NCBI GenBank assembly: GCA_963728915.1
Contig: CAVSLV010000003.1
Coordinates: 1 to 64,000 of the forward strand
Origin: an uncultured Gemmatimonadales bacterium
GTDB lineage: Bacteria; Gemmatimonadota; Gemmatimonadetes; Gemmatimonadales; GWC2-71-9
Direction of reading: 5' to 3'
DNA: 64,000 nucleotides
Shown: positions 50,454 to 59,813 of the stretch, in pieces
Layout: each line of letters starts with the position of its first letter
Position numbering within the stretch: the stretch's first letter is position 1
The notes under the pieces: model-generated
Seen by the model: only the letters and a program-made list of their open reading frames with translations
Told to the model about the DNA's origin: nothing
The model's database searches: none
Made by a program: the position numbers and the translations under genes

Positions 50454-51163
50454 TTTCGATAGTTCTCCGCGCCATCCTGCACGTAGGGCGAGTGCGCGAT
50501 GAGCTGGAGCACCATCCAGTTGAGCAGGTTCGCGGGAAACCGGAGTGGTCGCACCACATCGAGGAAGAGCACGACCCGGGTTCCCGAAGTGTCGTTCCAG
50601 ACCTCGTGCTCGTAGGTATCATCGAACATCAGCCCTTCGCCTTCTTTCCAGTGCCGCACCTCGTTCCCCACTCTGATGCGGCATTGCACTCGTGGTTCCG
50701 GCACCAGCAGTCCCAGGTGATAGCGGATCACGCCTTTGAACGGGCCACGATGCGGCGGAATGTGCTTGCCGGGGGCCAGAATCGAAAAGAACGCGGTCTT
50801 CATCCCCGGAATCGCGTCGATGATCCGCGCGGTCTCGGGACAGCGAGCCCGGTTGCTCTCGGCGTTGATGCCGTAGGCACAGAAGAAGAAGGTCTTCCAG
50901 CGCTCGTCGCTGATGCGCGCCTGGTCCTTGGAGATGTCGTGAAAGCTGGGGAGCAGCTCCTGGTGCGCCAGGACGGTCTCCAGCTCGGCGCGGATGATGG
51001 TCCACTGCCCGGCAACGTCGCGGGTCCAGCCGAATTCAGGATACATCGAGGGATCAAAGAATGCCGGATTGCCAACCCGGGACCCCCAGGTAATGATGGA
51101 CTCGAGCCGCCTGATCAGCCTCGATCCCACCGACACAACCAGCGCGTGCATTCGCTCGCCCAT
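50396..51163 (-). CDS. Aspartyl/asparaginyl beta-hydroxylase domain protein
   Basis: FFSIL.PG.HIPPH; RYHLGL; FDDTYEHEVWN. Confidence 0.88.
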   Translation of the reverse strand: MGERMHALVVSVGSRLIRRLESIITWGSRVGNPAFFDPSMYPEFGWTRDVAGQWTIIRAELETVLAHQELLPSFHDISKDQARISDERWKTFFFCAYGINAESNRARCPETARIIDAIPGMKTAFFSILAPGKHIPPHRGPFKGVIRYHLGLLVPEPRVQCRIRVGNEVRHWKEGEGLMFDDTYEHEVWNDTSGTRVVLFLDVVRPLRFPANLLNWMVLQLIAHSPYVQDGAENYRKWEKKLDQVAASPKQGVPA

Positions 51164-51261
51164 GAATGCCTCCCTCAAGGCGTTGACGCTCGCGCACCGA
51201 TGCGGCGCGCGGCGGCAGGGGCGCTCGGTTTGTCGAAGAGCGGCTCCCCGCAGTGTCGCTG

Positions 51262-51639
51262 TTACGCCGTGGGATGGGTCGGAGGGGCGGTGGCGAAGGG
51301 GCGCAGGTAGTCGGGCGGGACAGGCGCACTGACAGGCCGCAAAGGTGCTGCCGGTACCGAAGCAGGGCTGGTCCACTCCGCGCGCGCCGACAGACTCGGC
51401 GCCTCCCAGGCAACCGGCGTGGCACAGCAGCAGAGAATCCCGCAGCAACACTGTCGGTGCTGGTGAGGGTGGTCCACCGGCATCCCGGATCCGGCGTGGT
51501 CGCACTCCGCCGTCGCAGGTCGCCGAGTCGGAAGGTCCGCCTGACAACGGCGAACCAATCCAGGATTGAGCGCCACCAGCGCAAACCAGAGCGCCAGCAG
51601 GGCCCGGAGGGGGCGGATGCCCTGCTCCAAGTGAGCCAT
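51262..51639 (-). CDS. Cys/His-rich small exported protein (DUF2946-like putative leader)
   Basis: Hydrophobic N-terminus; HPHQHRQCCCGILCCC; C-terminal RPFATAPP. Confidence 0.6.
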   Translation of the reverse strand: MAHLEQGIRPLRALLALWFALVALNPGLVRRCQADLPTRRPATAECDHAGSGMPVDHPHQHRQCCCGILCCCATPVAWEAPSLSARAEWTSPASVPAAPLRPVSAPVPPDYLRPFATAPPTHPTA

Positions 51640-51725
51640 GAGCTCAAATGTGGAGGTGGCTAAACCGCGGGGCAAGGCGAGACCCGGATCAGCCGACCGG
51701 CCGTTGAGGTGTTAGAATCTGCCCC

Positions 51726-52862
51726 ATGATCGACATTCTGCTCCCCGCCGGCCAATCCGAAGGCAGCACCCACGAAGTGGGCCAGTGGCTCAAGCGCGTC
51801 GGCGATCCGGTGCGCAAGGATGAGCCGCTCCTCGAAGTGATCACCGACAAGGTGACGGTCGAGATCGCCGCGCCTGCCGACGGCATGCTGGAAGAGATCC
51901 TGAAGCAAACCGGCGAGCCGGTGGAGCCGAATCAGGTCCTCGGAAGAATTGGAGCTGGGGGAGAGGAGACGGGCAGACGGCCGGAGGGGCCGACGGGCAG
52001 TGAATTCAGGGCTGCCTCCGGGTCCGTCCCCACCGACCCGTTGACCCACCGACCCTCCGAGTTGAGTCCCGCTGTCCGCCGGCTGATCCAGCAACACGGG
52101 CTCGATCCGGCGGCCATCACCGGCACCGGGAACGGCGGCCGGATCACGGCCCAGGACGTGGAGCGCCATCTCGCGGCTCATCCGTCCGCCGGTCCGTCTG
52201 CCCGACTGGTTCCCCATTCGTCCATGCGGAAGAGCATCGCCGAGCATATGGTGAAGAGCGTGCAGACTGCGCCGCACGTCACCGCCGTGTTCGAGGCCGA
52301 CCTGAGCCGGGTCATCGCGCACCGGAACGCCTTTGGCGAGAAGAAACCGACCTACACCGCGTATTTCGTCCGGGCCGCGGTGGCCGCGATCCGGGCGGTT
52401 CCGAACGCCAACAGCCGCTGGCGCCCCGACGCCCTGGAAGTCTTCGACGACTGCAACATCGGGATCGCGGTGGCGCTCCCCGATGGCGGGCTCATCGTGC
52501 CGGTGCTCCACCAGGCCCAGGACCTGAGCCTGGAAGCAACCGCGGGCCGGCTGGAGGACCTCACCGGGCGAGCGCGGGCGGGCAAGCTCGAGCCGCGCGA
52601 GGTCCAGGGCGGCACCTTCAGCATCTCGAATCACGGGGTGAGCGGATCGCTGCTCGCCGCGCCGATCGTCATCGTGCAGCCGCAGTCCGCGATCCTCGGC
52701 GTCGGCAAACTCGAGCAGCGGCCCCGGGTGAACGCTTCGGGGGCTATCGAGGCCAGGCCGATGCTGTATGTCACCCTGACCATCGATCATCGGGTGCTCG
52801 ATGGATTCCAGGCCAACACATTCCTGACCGCCTGGGTCAGGGCTATCGAAGACTGGACCTGA
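51726..52862 (+). CDS. Dihydrolipoamide acyltransferase E2
   Basis: Lipoyl TDKV; SPAVRRL..GTG..GRIT; DHRVLDG. Confidence 0.93.
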   Translation: MIDILLPAGQSEGSTHEVGQWLKRVGDPVRKDEPLLEVITDKVTVEIAAPADGMLEEILKQTGEPVEPNQVLGRIGAGGEETGRRPEGPTGSEFRAASGSVPTDPLTHRPSELSPAVRRLIQQHGLDPAAITGTGNGGRITAQDVERHLAAHPSAGPSARLVPHSSMRKSIAEHMVKSVQTAPHVTAVFEADLSRVIAHRNAFGEKKPTYTAYFVRAAVAAIRAVPNANSRWRPDALEVFDDCNIGIAVALPDGGLIVPVLHQAQDLSLEATAGRLEDLTGRARAGKLEPREVQGGTFSISNHGVSGSLLAAPIVIVQPQSAILGVGKLEQRPRVNASGAIEARPMLYVTLTIDHRVLDGFQANTFLTAWVRAIEDWT

Positions 52863-52865
52863 CGA

Positions 52866-53408
52866 CTAGAAGGTCTTGAAGCGCTCGAAGGGCTGCCGGC
52901 AGGCGCGGCAGAGATGGAGCGATTTGCAGGCGGTCGCGCCGAATTCGCTGACGACGGCGGTATCGCTCGAGCCGCAGTGGGGACACTCAAGGCGGACAGG
53001 CGGACCGGCGGACGGGCGGACAGGGTTGGACATTGTCACCTGCACCAGCTCGTCCCGGGTGTTTCCCGGAGGCGCGATCCCGTAGTTGCGGAGCTTCTCC
53101 CGCGCGTGCTCGCTGATCCAATCGGTGGTCCAGGCCGGCGCGTACACCGTCTCGATCTTCACCTCGCGAAACCCGGCGCCGGTAAGCGCCGCGGAGATCT
53201 CTTCCTCGATCACGTGCATCGCGGGGCACCCGCTGTAGGTCGGCGTCACCGTCACCGTGACCTGTTCTCCCACGGGATCGGCTCGGACCTCGCGGACGAT
53301 GCCAAGCTCCACGATCGAGAGCACCGGAACTTCGGGATCCTTGACGAGCTCGAGAATCCGGAGCGCGCGCTGCTCGCTCGCCGAGCGGATGCGGTCCCCG
53401 CCTACCAC
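52866..53408 (-). CDS. paaD: Phenylacetyl-CoA epoxidase subunit PaaD
   Basis: DPEVP, TPTYSGCPA, CPHCGS, FGATACK. Confidence 0.93.
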   Translation of the reverse strand: MVGGDRIRSASEQRALRILELVKDPEVPVLSIVELGIVREVRADPVGEQVTVTVTPTYSGCPAMHVIEEEISAALTGAGFREVKIETVYAPAWTTDWISEHAREKLRNYGIAPPGNTRDELVQVTMSNPVRPSAGPPVRLECPHCGSSDTAVVSEFGATACKSLHLCRACRQPFERFKTF

Positions 53409-54160
53409 GTGGCCCCCGGATGGGAGCGCGCGACGATCTGCATTTCCGCGAGCATGTGGCCCAGGTGCTCGGTGTGCCGGCCCCGGCGCCCGCCGGTCAT
53501 TCGCATCGGATCTTCTGGAATGGCGAGCGTTGCCCGCGCGAGGGTGCCACGCGCCATCCGCTCCCAGGCCGGCAGGAGGGCGGCCGGATCGGGAGCGATG
53601 CCGCGGGCGGCGAGGTCACGATCGACCGCGTCCGCATAGCCGAACTCCCCGGTCCAGGGCCACAGTGCATCCAGCGCCTCCTGGGCCCGGCCGTGGCTCT
53701 CGTCGGTCCCATCGCCCAGGCGGCAGACCCATTCGCTGCTGTGGCGGAGGTGGTAGCGGGTTTCCTTCTGCGCTTTGGCGGCGATGGCGGCAAGCCGGGC
53801 ATCGGAAGACCTGGCAAGGGCCTCCAGCAGGTGAAGGCTCCAGCCATCGAAGAGGAACTGCCGCACCATCGTGAACGCGAAATCGCCGTCGGGCAGCTCG
53901 CAGAGCTCGAGGTTCCGGAACTCGTGCTCGTCCCGCCAGTAGGCCAGCGCGTCCGCGTCCCGCCCTTTCCCTTCCACTTCGGCAGCCAGACCGAGGAACA
54001 TGGTGGCATGGCCAATCAGGTCGAGGGCGATGTTGGTCATCGCGATGTCTTCCTCGAGAATCGGGCCGTGGCCGCACCACTCGGAGAGCCGGTGACCCAG
54101 CACCAGGCGATCATCGCCGAGGCGTAGCAGATAGGCGAACAGCGCCGCGTCCTGCGTCAC
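53402..54160 (-). CDS. paaC: Phenylacetyl-CoA epoxidase subunit PaaC
   Basis: LGHRLSEWCGHGP.LEEDIA. Confidence 0.95.
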   Translation of the reverse strand: MTQDAALFAYLLRLGDDRLVLGHRLSEWCGHGPILEEDIAMTNIALDLIGHATMFLGLAAEVEGKGRDADALAYWRDEHEFRNLELCELPDGDFAFTMVRQFLFDGWSLHLLEALARSSDARLAAIAAKAQKETRYHLRHSSEWVCRLGDGTDESHGRAQEALDALWPWTGEFGYADAVDRDLAARGIAPDPAALLPAWERMARGTLARATLAIPEDPMRMTGGRRGRHTEHLGHMLAEMQIVARSHPGATW

Positions 54161-54453
54161 AGCTCCTTGCCCACCCGGGGCACCTTGTAAAACTGCGGAT
54201 GCCGGTAGGGCTTGTCGTTGCCCGGATCGAAGAATGGCCCGGCGTCCTCCGGAGACGAAGCGATGATCGCGTTGCTCGGGACCACCCAGATGCTCACCGC
54301 CTCGCCGCGCCTCGCGTAGGTGTCCCGCGCATTCTGGAGGGCGATCTCGGCGTCGGGGGCGTGGACGCTGCCAGCGTGCTCATGTGGCGCGCCGTCTTTC
54401 GCCTGGGTGAAGACCTCCCACAGGGGCCATTGATCCGGCGGACCGGCGCTCAT
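54157..54453 (-). CDS. paaB: Phenylacetyl-CoA epoxidase subunit PaaB
   Basis: WPLWEVF; GSVHAPD; YRHP.FY. Confidence 0.95.
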   Translation of the reverse strand: MSAGPPDQWPLWEVFTQAKDGAPHEHAGSVHAPDAEIALQNARDTYARRGEAVSIWVVPSNAIIASSPEDAGPFFDPGNDKPYRHPQFYKVPRVGKEL

Positions 54454-55421
54454 GCGGCGGTTTTCTCCCGACCGCCCTGTTTCGCGGCGTAGGCCGCGGC
54501 CGCGTCGCGGACCCACTGGCCCTCCTCGTGGGCCGTGCGCCTCGCGGCGAGCCGCTCCCGATTCATGGGACCGTTCCCGCCGATCACCTGGTAGAACTCC
54601 TCCCAGTCGATCGGGCCGAACTCCCAGTCACCGGTCTCGGCGTTCTGCTTGAGGTCGGGATCGGGAAGGGTGAGATCGATCGCCTGGGCCTGGGGAACCG
54701 TCAGGTTGACGAAGCGCTGGCGGAGCTCGTCATTGCCCTTCTGCTTGACCCGCCAGCGGAGCAGATCCGCGCTGTTGGGACTGTCCTTGTCGCTCGGGCC
54801 GAACATCATGAGCGAAGGCCACCACCAGCGGTTCACGGCGTCCTGCGCCATCGCCTTCTGTGCGGGGGTGCCCTTCGAGAGGGTCGCGAGGATTTCGTAC
54901 CCCTGCCGCTTGTGGAAGTTCTCTTCCTTGCAGATCCGGACCATGGCGCGGGCGTAGGGCCCGTAGGACGCGTGGGCGAGCATCGTCTGGTTCACGATTG
55001 CGGCCCCGTCCACCAGCCAGCCGATCGCACCCATATCGGCCCAGGTCAGGGTGGGATAGTTGAAAATGCTGGAGTACTTCGCCTTGCCGGCGAGGAGCTG
55101 ATCGATCAGCTCGGCGCGATCCACACCCAGGGTTTCGGTGCCGCAGTAGATGTAGAGACCATGGCCGGCTTCGTCCTGCACCTTGGCGAGCAGGGCGAGC
55201 TTCCGGCGTAGACTCGGGGCCCGGGTGATCCAGTTTCCTTCGGGAAGCATGCCGACGACTTCGGAGTGGGCGTGCTGCGACATCATCCGGATGAGCTGCT
55301 TCCGGTAGCGCTCCGGCATCCAGTCCTTGGGCTCGATGGTCTCCCCCCGGGAGAGCCGAGCCTCGAATTCGGCGAGCCGGGCGGGATCTTCGGCTCCCTG
55401 GGTTTTCAAGCTAGCTTCCAT
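54450..55421 (-). CDS. paaA: Phenylacetyl-CoA epoxidase subunit PaaA
   Basis: [28 protein letters not shown]. Confidence 0.96.
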   Translation of the reverse strand: MEASLKTQGAEDPARLAEFEARLSRGETIEPKDWMPERYRKQLIRMMSQHAHSEVVGMLPEGNWITRAPSLRRKLALLAKVQDEAGHGLYIYCGTETLGVDRAELIDQLLAGKAKYSSIFNYPTLTWADMGAIGWLVDGAAIVNQTMLAHASYGPYARAMVRICKEENFHKRQGYEILATLSKGTPAQKAMAQDAVNRWWWPSLMMFGPSDKDSPNSADLLRWRVKQKGNDELRQRFVNLTVPQAQAIDLTLPDPDLKQNAETGDWEFGPIDWEEFYQVIGGNGPMNRERLAARRTAHEEGQWVRDAAAAYAAKQGGREKTAA

Positions 55422-55536
55422 GGTCCGTTCTCCGCCTTGTCTCCAGGGATCGGCGTCCGATCCGCTTGTTCGGCAAGGACTTACAACCCTCAAATATAAT
55501 CGATCGGGGACCGTGACGAAGTCAGCCGGCTCATCC

Positions 55537-56289
55537 ATGCTCGAGGCAGGAACGGTCGAAACCGAGGTCAAGGACGGCATCGGCACGATTCGCTTCGGAC
55601 ATCCGAAAGGCAACTCGCTTCCCGGCGCGCTGCTCACGAGGCTGGCGGAATCGGTGCGCGAGGTCGCGGGGGCGCCCGACGCGAAAGTGCTGGTGCTCCG
55701 AAGCGAGGGGAGCGGGGCCTTCTGCGCGGGAGCATCCTTCGACGAGTTTCGTGCCATCAAGGACGAGGAGGGCGGCAAGCACTTCTTCTCCGGATTTGCC
55801 CAGCTCATTCTGGCGATGATCCGCGCGCCCAAGTTCATCATCACCCGAGTCCAGGGAAAAACGGCTGGTGGGGGAGTTGGCCTCATTGCCGCCTCGGACT
55901 ACGCTCTCGCGGCCAGCAAGGCATCGGTCAAGCTCAGTGAGATCGCCGTCGGGATCGGTCCCTTCGTCGTCGGCCCGGTGATCGAACGAAAGATCGGGCT
56001 CGCCGCCTTCAGCGCGCTGGCGGTGGACGGTGATTGGCGCGATGCCGCGTGGGGGGAGCGGCAGGGGCTCTTTTCGGAAGTGCTGGAGGATGAAGCCGCG
56101 CTCGACCAACGCCTCACGGCCTTTGCAACGAAGCTCGCCGGTTACAACCCCGACGCGGTCAGGAAGCTCAAGAAGGTGTTCTGGGCCGGGACCGAGCATT
56201 GGCCCGGGTTGCTCGCCGCTCGCGCGGTGATCAGCGGGAAGCTGGTCCTTTCGGAGTACACCAGGCAGGCGACCAGGCAGGACCGATAA
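55537..56289 (+). CDS. Enoyl-CoA hydratase/isomerase family protein
   Basis: FCAGASF; GGGVG..AA.D. Confidence 0.88.
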   Translation: MLEAGTVETEVKDGIGTIRFGHPKGNSLPGALLTRLAESVREVAGAPDAKVLVLRSEGSGAFCAGASFDEFRAIKDEEGGKHFFSGFAQLILAMIRAPKFIITRVQGKTAGGGVGLIAASDYALAASKASVKLSEIAVGIGPFVVGPVIERKIGLAAFSALAVDGDWRDAAWGERQGLFSEVLEDEAALDQRLTAFATKLAGYNPDAVRKLKKVFWAGTEHWPGLLAARAVISGKLVLSEYTRQATRQDR

Positions 56290-56291
56290 GG

Positions 56292-57422
56292 ATGCCGGGA
56301 ACCGATGTCCTCGAAGCGCTGCGCACCCCGGCGCTGGTGATCGACCTGGATCGGGTGGAGCAGAACATCACGACCACGCTCCGGCTCCTCGGGAACGACC
56401 CAACCCGCTGGCGACCCCACCTCAAGACGGTCAAGCTCGGCCTCGTGATGCGGCGGATTCGGGAGCTGGGGGTTGACCAGGCCAAGGTCGCGACCACGCT
56501 GGAGCTCGAGACCGCCTGTCAGGCCGGCTTCACCGATGTGCTGCTGGCCTACCCGCTGGCGGGCCCAGCCGTCGGGCTGGTGCGCGATCTGGCGAAGACG
56601 TTTCCCGGAACCCGGCTTTCCGTCCTGGTCGAGTCGGCGGAGCAGGTGGCCCTCTGGCGCGGATCCAGTGTGGGACTCTTCATCGACCTCAACTCGGGGA
56701 TGCACCGGACCGGGATGCTGCTCGACGCGCCCGAGGCGGTGATGGCGCTGGCCCGCGCGATCGAGGAGGGCGGGCTGCGGTTCGCGGGGCTCCACTTCTA
56801 CGACGGGCACGCCCACGACTTTCCGGCCGACCAGGCAACCCGGATGGTCCACCAGGGTTATGACCGGTTGGCCGGCCTGGTTCGGGCCTTGCACGCCGCG
56901 GGTCTCCGAACGCCGGAGGTGATCACCGCGGGCACGCCCGCTTTCCCGCACGCGGTGTCGTATCACGGCTTCCCGCCAGAGACGGTGCATCGGGTTTCGC
57001 CCGGCACGGTGGTCTACAACGACCGGCGGAGCCTGACCCAGCTCCCCGGCGATGCCGGCTATTCCACGGCAGTCTTCGTGTTGAGCCGGGTGATCAGCCA
57101 TCCCCGGCCGGACCGGTTCTGTGCCGATGCCGGCCACAAGGCGATCTCCGCCGATTCGGGCGACCCGGTTTGCGAAGTGATCGGCCATCCGGAGTACCAT
57201 CCCCTCCACCCGAGCGAGGAGCACCTTCCCGTCGACGTGCCCGCCGGGACACCGCTGCCCGAACGAGGCACCTTGCTGTCCCTCCTGCCGACCCACGTCT
57301 GCCCGACGGTGAACAACTTCGACCACGCGGTGATCGTTCAGGCGGGGCGAGTGATCGGCGTGGAGCGGGTCACCGCGAGGGGCCGGCATCCACCGCTCGC
57401 TCCCGCGGGTCAGGCGCGGTAG
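56292..57422 (+). CDS. PLP-dependent D-threonine aldolase / D-serine dehydratase family
   Basis: TPAL, RPHLKT.K, YDGH, SEEH, HVCPTVN. Confidence 0.88.
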   Translation: MPGTDVLEALRTPALVIDLDRVEQNITTTLRLLGNDPTRWRPHLKTVKLGLVMRRIRELGVDQAKVATTLELETACQAGFTDVLLAYPLAGPAVGLVRDLAKTFPGTRLSVLVESAEQVALWRGSSVGLFIDLNSGMHRTGMLLDAPEAVMALARAIEEGGLRFAGLHFYDGHAHDFPADQATRMVHQGYDRLAGLVRALHAAGLRTPEVITAGTPAFPHAVSYHGFPPETVHRVSPGTVVYNDRRSLTQLPGDAGYSTAVFVLSRVISHPRPDRFCADAGHKAISADSGDPVCEVIGHPEYHPLHPSEEHLPVDVPAGTPLPERGTLLSLLPTHVCPTVNNFDHAVIVQAGRVIGVERVTARGRHPPLAPAGQAR

Positions 57423-57455
57423 CTTATCACCGCACGTCACCCCATCGAGCTCACC

Positions 57456-58211
57456 ATGTCCGGTTGCGCCAGACCTGCAGCTTTGCTGCTCTTCGTCTCC
57501 TGTTCCCTGGCTGCCCAGATGAAGCCTCCCTGCGCCCAGCACGCCCGCGACTGCCCCGCCCCGCCCATCGTCACGCCGGGCCCGGCGCCTCGCGATCCGG
57601 TCCCGCCCCCTTCCGATGCGGTGATCCTGTTCGATGGCCACGACCTCTCCAAGTGGCGGAGCGAGAACGAGGGCCCGGCGAAGTGGACCGTCACCGCGGG
57701 TTATGTCGAGGTCGCCCCGGGCACCGGCATGATCCACACCACCACGGGATTCGGCGACGTCCAGCTCCACATCGAATGGATGGCGCCCGACCCGCCCCGG
57801 GGGAGCGACCAGGACCGGGGCAACAGCGGGATCTTCCTGATGGGGCGGTACGAGGTCCAGGTGCTCGATTCCTACGGCAACGTGACCTACCCGGACGGGC
57901 AGGCCGCGGCGGTGTACGGCCAGTATCCTCCCCTGGTGAACGCCAGCCGCAAGCCGGGCGAGTGGCAGACCTACGACATCGTGTTCCGGCGGCCGCGGTT
58001 CGGCCCCGACGGTGCGGTGCTCCGTCCGGCCATCCTGACGGTGCTGCACAACGGCATTCTGGTGCAGGACCACGTCGTCCTGACCGGGCCCACCGCGCAC
58101 CAGCGACGCCCGCCCTACGAGGCCCATCCGGACCGCCTGCCGCTGGGCCTGCAGGACCACGAGCACCCGGTCCGGTTCCGGAACATCTGGGTCCGAACCC
58201 TGGAACCGTGA
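57456..58211 (+). CDS. DUF1080 (3-keto-disaccharide hydrolase-like) protein
   Basis: LFDG, GNSGIF, GEWQTYDI, LQDH, FRNIW. Confidence 0.9.
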   Translation: MSGCARPAALLLFVSCSLAAQMKPPCAQHARDCPAPPIVTPGPAPRDPVPPPSDAVILFDGHDLSKWRSENEGPAKWTVTAGYVEVAPGTGMIHTTTGFGDVQLHIEWMAPDPPRGSDQDRGNSGIFLMGRYEVQVLDSYGNVTYPDGQAAAVYGQYPPLVNASRKPGEWQTYDIVFRRPRFGPDGAVLRPAILTVLHNGILVQDHVVLTGPTAHQRRPPYEAHPDRLPLGLQDHEHPVRFRNIWVRTLEP

Positions 58212-58247
58212 CAGCATAACCCGCATCCCACAACGCAAGGAGCGACC

Positions 58248-58880
58248 ATGCGCCGTTACCTGACCGAGTTCGTGGGTACCCTGTTCTTCGTGATGACGAT
58301 CGGCCTGATCGTGGGCGCGGGGAGCCCGATGGCCCCCCTGGTCATCGGGTCCGTCCTGATGGTGGTGGTCTATATGGGCGCCCAGGTCTCCGGCGCCCAC
58401 TACAATCCGGCCGTGACCCTCGCCCTGTTCCTCCGCCGCAAGATGCACCGGGGCGACCTGCTGCCCTACTGGATCGCCCAGATCCTGGGCGCGCTGGCGG
58501 GCGCCTTTCTGGCCAGCATCTTCATGGATCGCACCTTCACCATCGCGCCGGCCGCCACCACCAATACCGGCACCGCCCTGCTGGTGGAGATCCTCTATAC
58601 CACGCTGCTTGCCCTGGTGGTGCTCAACTGCGCCGCCCGCGAGGCGACCAAGGGCAACTCCTATTTCGGCCTGGCGATCGGGTTCACCCTCGTGATCGCC
58701 GCCTATGCCGGTGGCCCGATCTCGGGCGGGGCCTTCAATCCCGCGGTGGCCACCGGGGCGATCGTGGTCGACACGCTGAGCGGGAGCGGGAATCTCGGCC
58801 ATCTCTGGATCTACCTGGTGGGACCGCTGGCGGGCGGGATCATCGCGTCCTTCATCTTTCAGCTTCAGGGAGAAACCTGA
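58248..58880 (+). CDS. MIP/aquaporin channel
   Basis: Two NPA motifs (SGAHYNPAVT, GAFNPA). Confidence 0.93.
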   Translation: MRRYLTEFVGTLFFVMTIGLIVGAGSPMAPLVIGSVLMVVVYMGAQVSGAHYNPAVTLALFLRRKMHRGDLLPYWIAQILGALAGAFLASIFMDRTFTIAPAATTNTGTALLVEILYTTLLALVVLNCAAREATKGNSYFGLAIGFTLVIAAYAGGPISGGAFNPAVATGAIVVDTLSGSGNLGHLWIYLVGPLAGGIIASFIFQLQGET

Positions 58881-58916
58881 CCCAGCAGCTCACACCTCGC
58901 ACCACCCACCGCTTGG

Positions 58917-59807
58917 ATGCCCGAGCTTCCCGACATCACGATCTACCTCGAGACGCTCGAGCGGCGAATTCTCGGGAAGCCGATTCAGCAGATCATCCTC
59001 AAGAGCCTCTTCCTGCTCCGCACCGTCGACCCGCCGCTCGCGCTGGCGAGCGGCCGGCCGGTGGTGGAGCTCCGCCGGCTCGGCAAGCGGATCGTCCTCG
59101 GCCTGGGCGACGATCTCTTTCTGGTCATCCACCTCATGATCGCGGGCCGGCTGCGATGGCTCGCCTCCGGGTCGAGCCAGAAGCGACCGGGCCGGATCGT
59201 CCTGGCGGAATTCGAGTTTCCCAACGGGATCCTGCTCCTCACCGAGGCCGGGACCAGGCGCCGCGCGTCGCTGCATTTCGTTCGGGGGACCGGGGCGCTG
59301 CTCGACCTGGATCGAGGCGGGATCGACGTCCTGTCCAGCACCCTGCCGGCCTTTTCCGAACGACTGAAAGCCGAGAATCACACTCTGAAGCGAGCTCTGA
59401 CCGACCCGCGACTCTTCAGTGGCATCGGGAACGCCTATTCCGACGAGATCCTGCACGCGGCGAAGCTTTCCCCGCTCGCGTTGTCGAAGCGGCTCTCCGA
59501 TCCCGAGGTTGCCCGGTTGCACTGCGCGACCCTGGAGGTACTGGGAGGGTGGATCCGACGGCTGCGATCGGAAACCGGGGAAGGATTTCCCGAGGGAGTC
59601 ACCGCGTTCCGGGAAGGCATGGCGGTGCACGGGCGGTACGGGGAACCGTGCCCGGCCTGCGGGGCGCCGGTCCAACGGATTCGTTACGCGGAAAACGAGA
59701 CCAATTACTGCGCCCGGTGCCAGACCGGCGGAAGACTCCTGGCCGATCGCGCCCTTTCCCGCCTCCTCAAGGGTGACTGGCCCAGATCCCTCGACGAGCT
59801 GGAATGA
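58917..59807 (+). CDS. Fpg/Nei family DNA glycosylase
   Basis: MPELP; GIGNAYSDE; C-terminal zinc finger. Confidence 0.92.
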   Translation: MPELPDITIYLETLERRILGKPIQQIILKSLFLLRTVDPPLALASGRPVVELRRLGKRIVLGLGDDLFLVIHLMIAGRLRWLASGSSQKRPGRIVLAEFEFPNGILLLTEAGTRRRASLHFVRGTGALLDLDRGGIDVLSSTLPAFSERLKAENHTLKRALTDPRLFSGIGNAYSDEILHAAKLSPLALSKRLSDPEVARLHCATLEVLGGWIRRLRSETGEGFPEGVTAFREGMAVHGRYGEPCPACGAPVQRIRYAENETNYCARCQTGGRLLADRALSRLLKGDWPRSLDELE

Positions 59808-59813
59808 GGGCGG

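Noticed and set aside
56142..58802. Long antisense or alternate-frame ORFs (886 aa here; also 20339-22150, 40403-42256, 47464-49287)
   Set aside because: They are shadows of well-supported genes in high-GC DNA and have no recognisable motifs.
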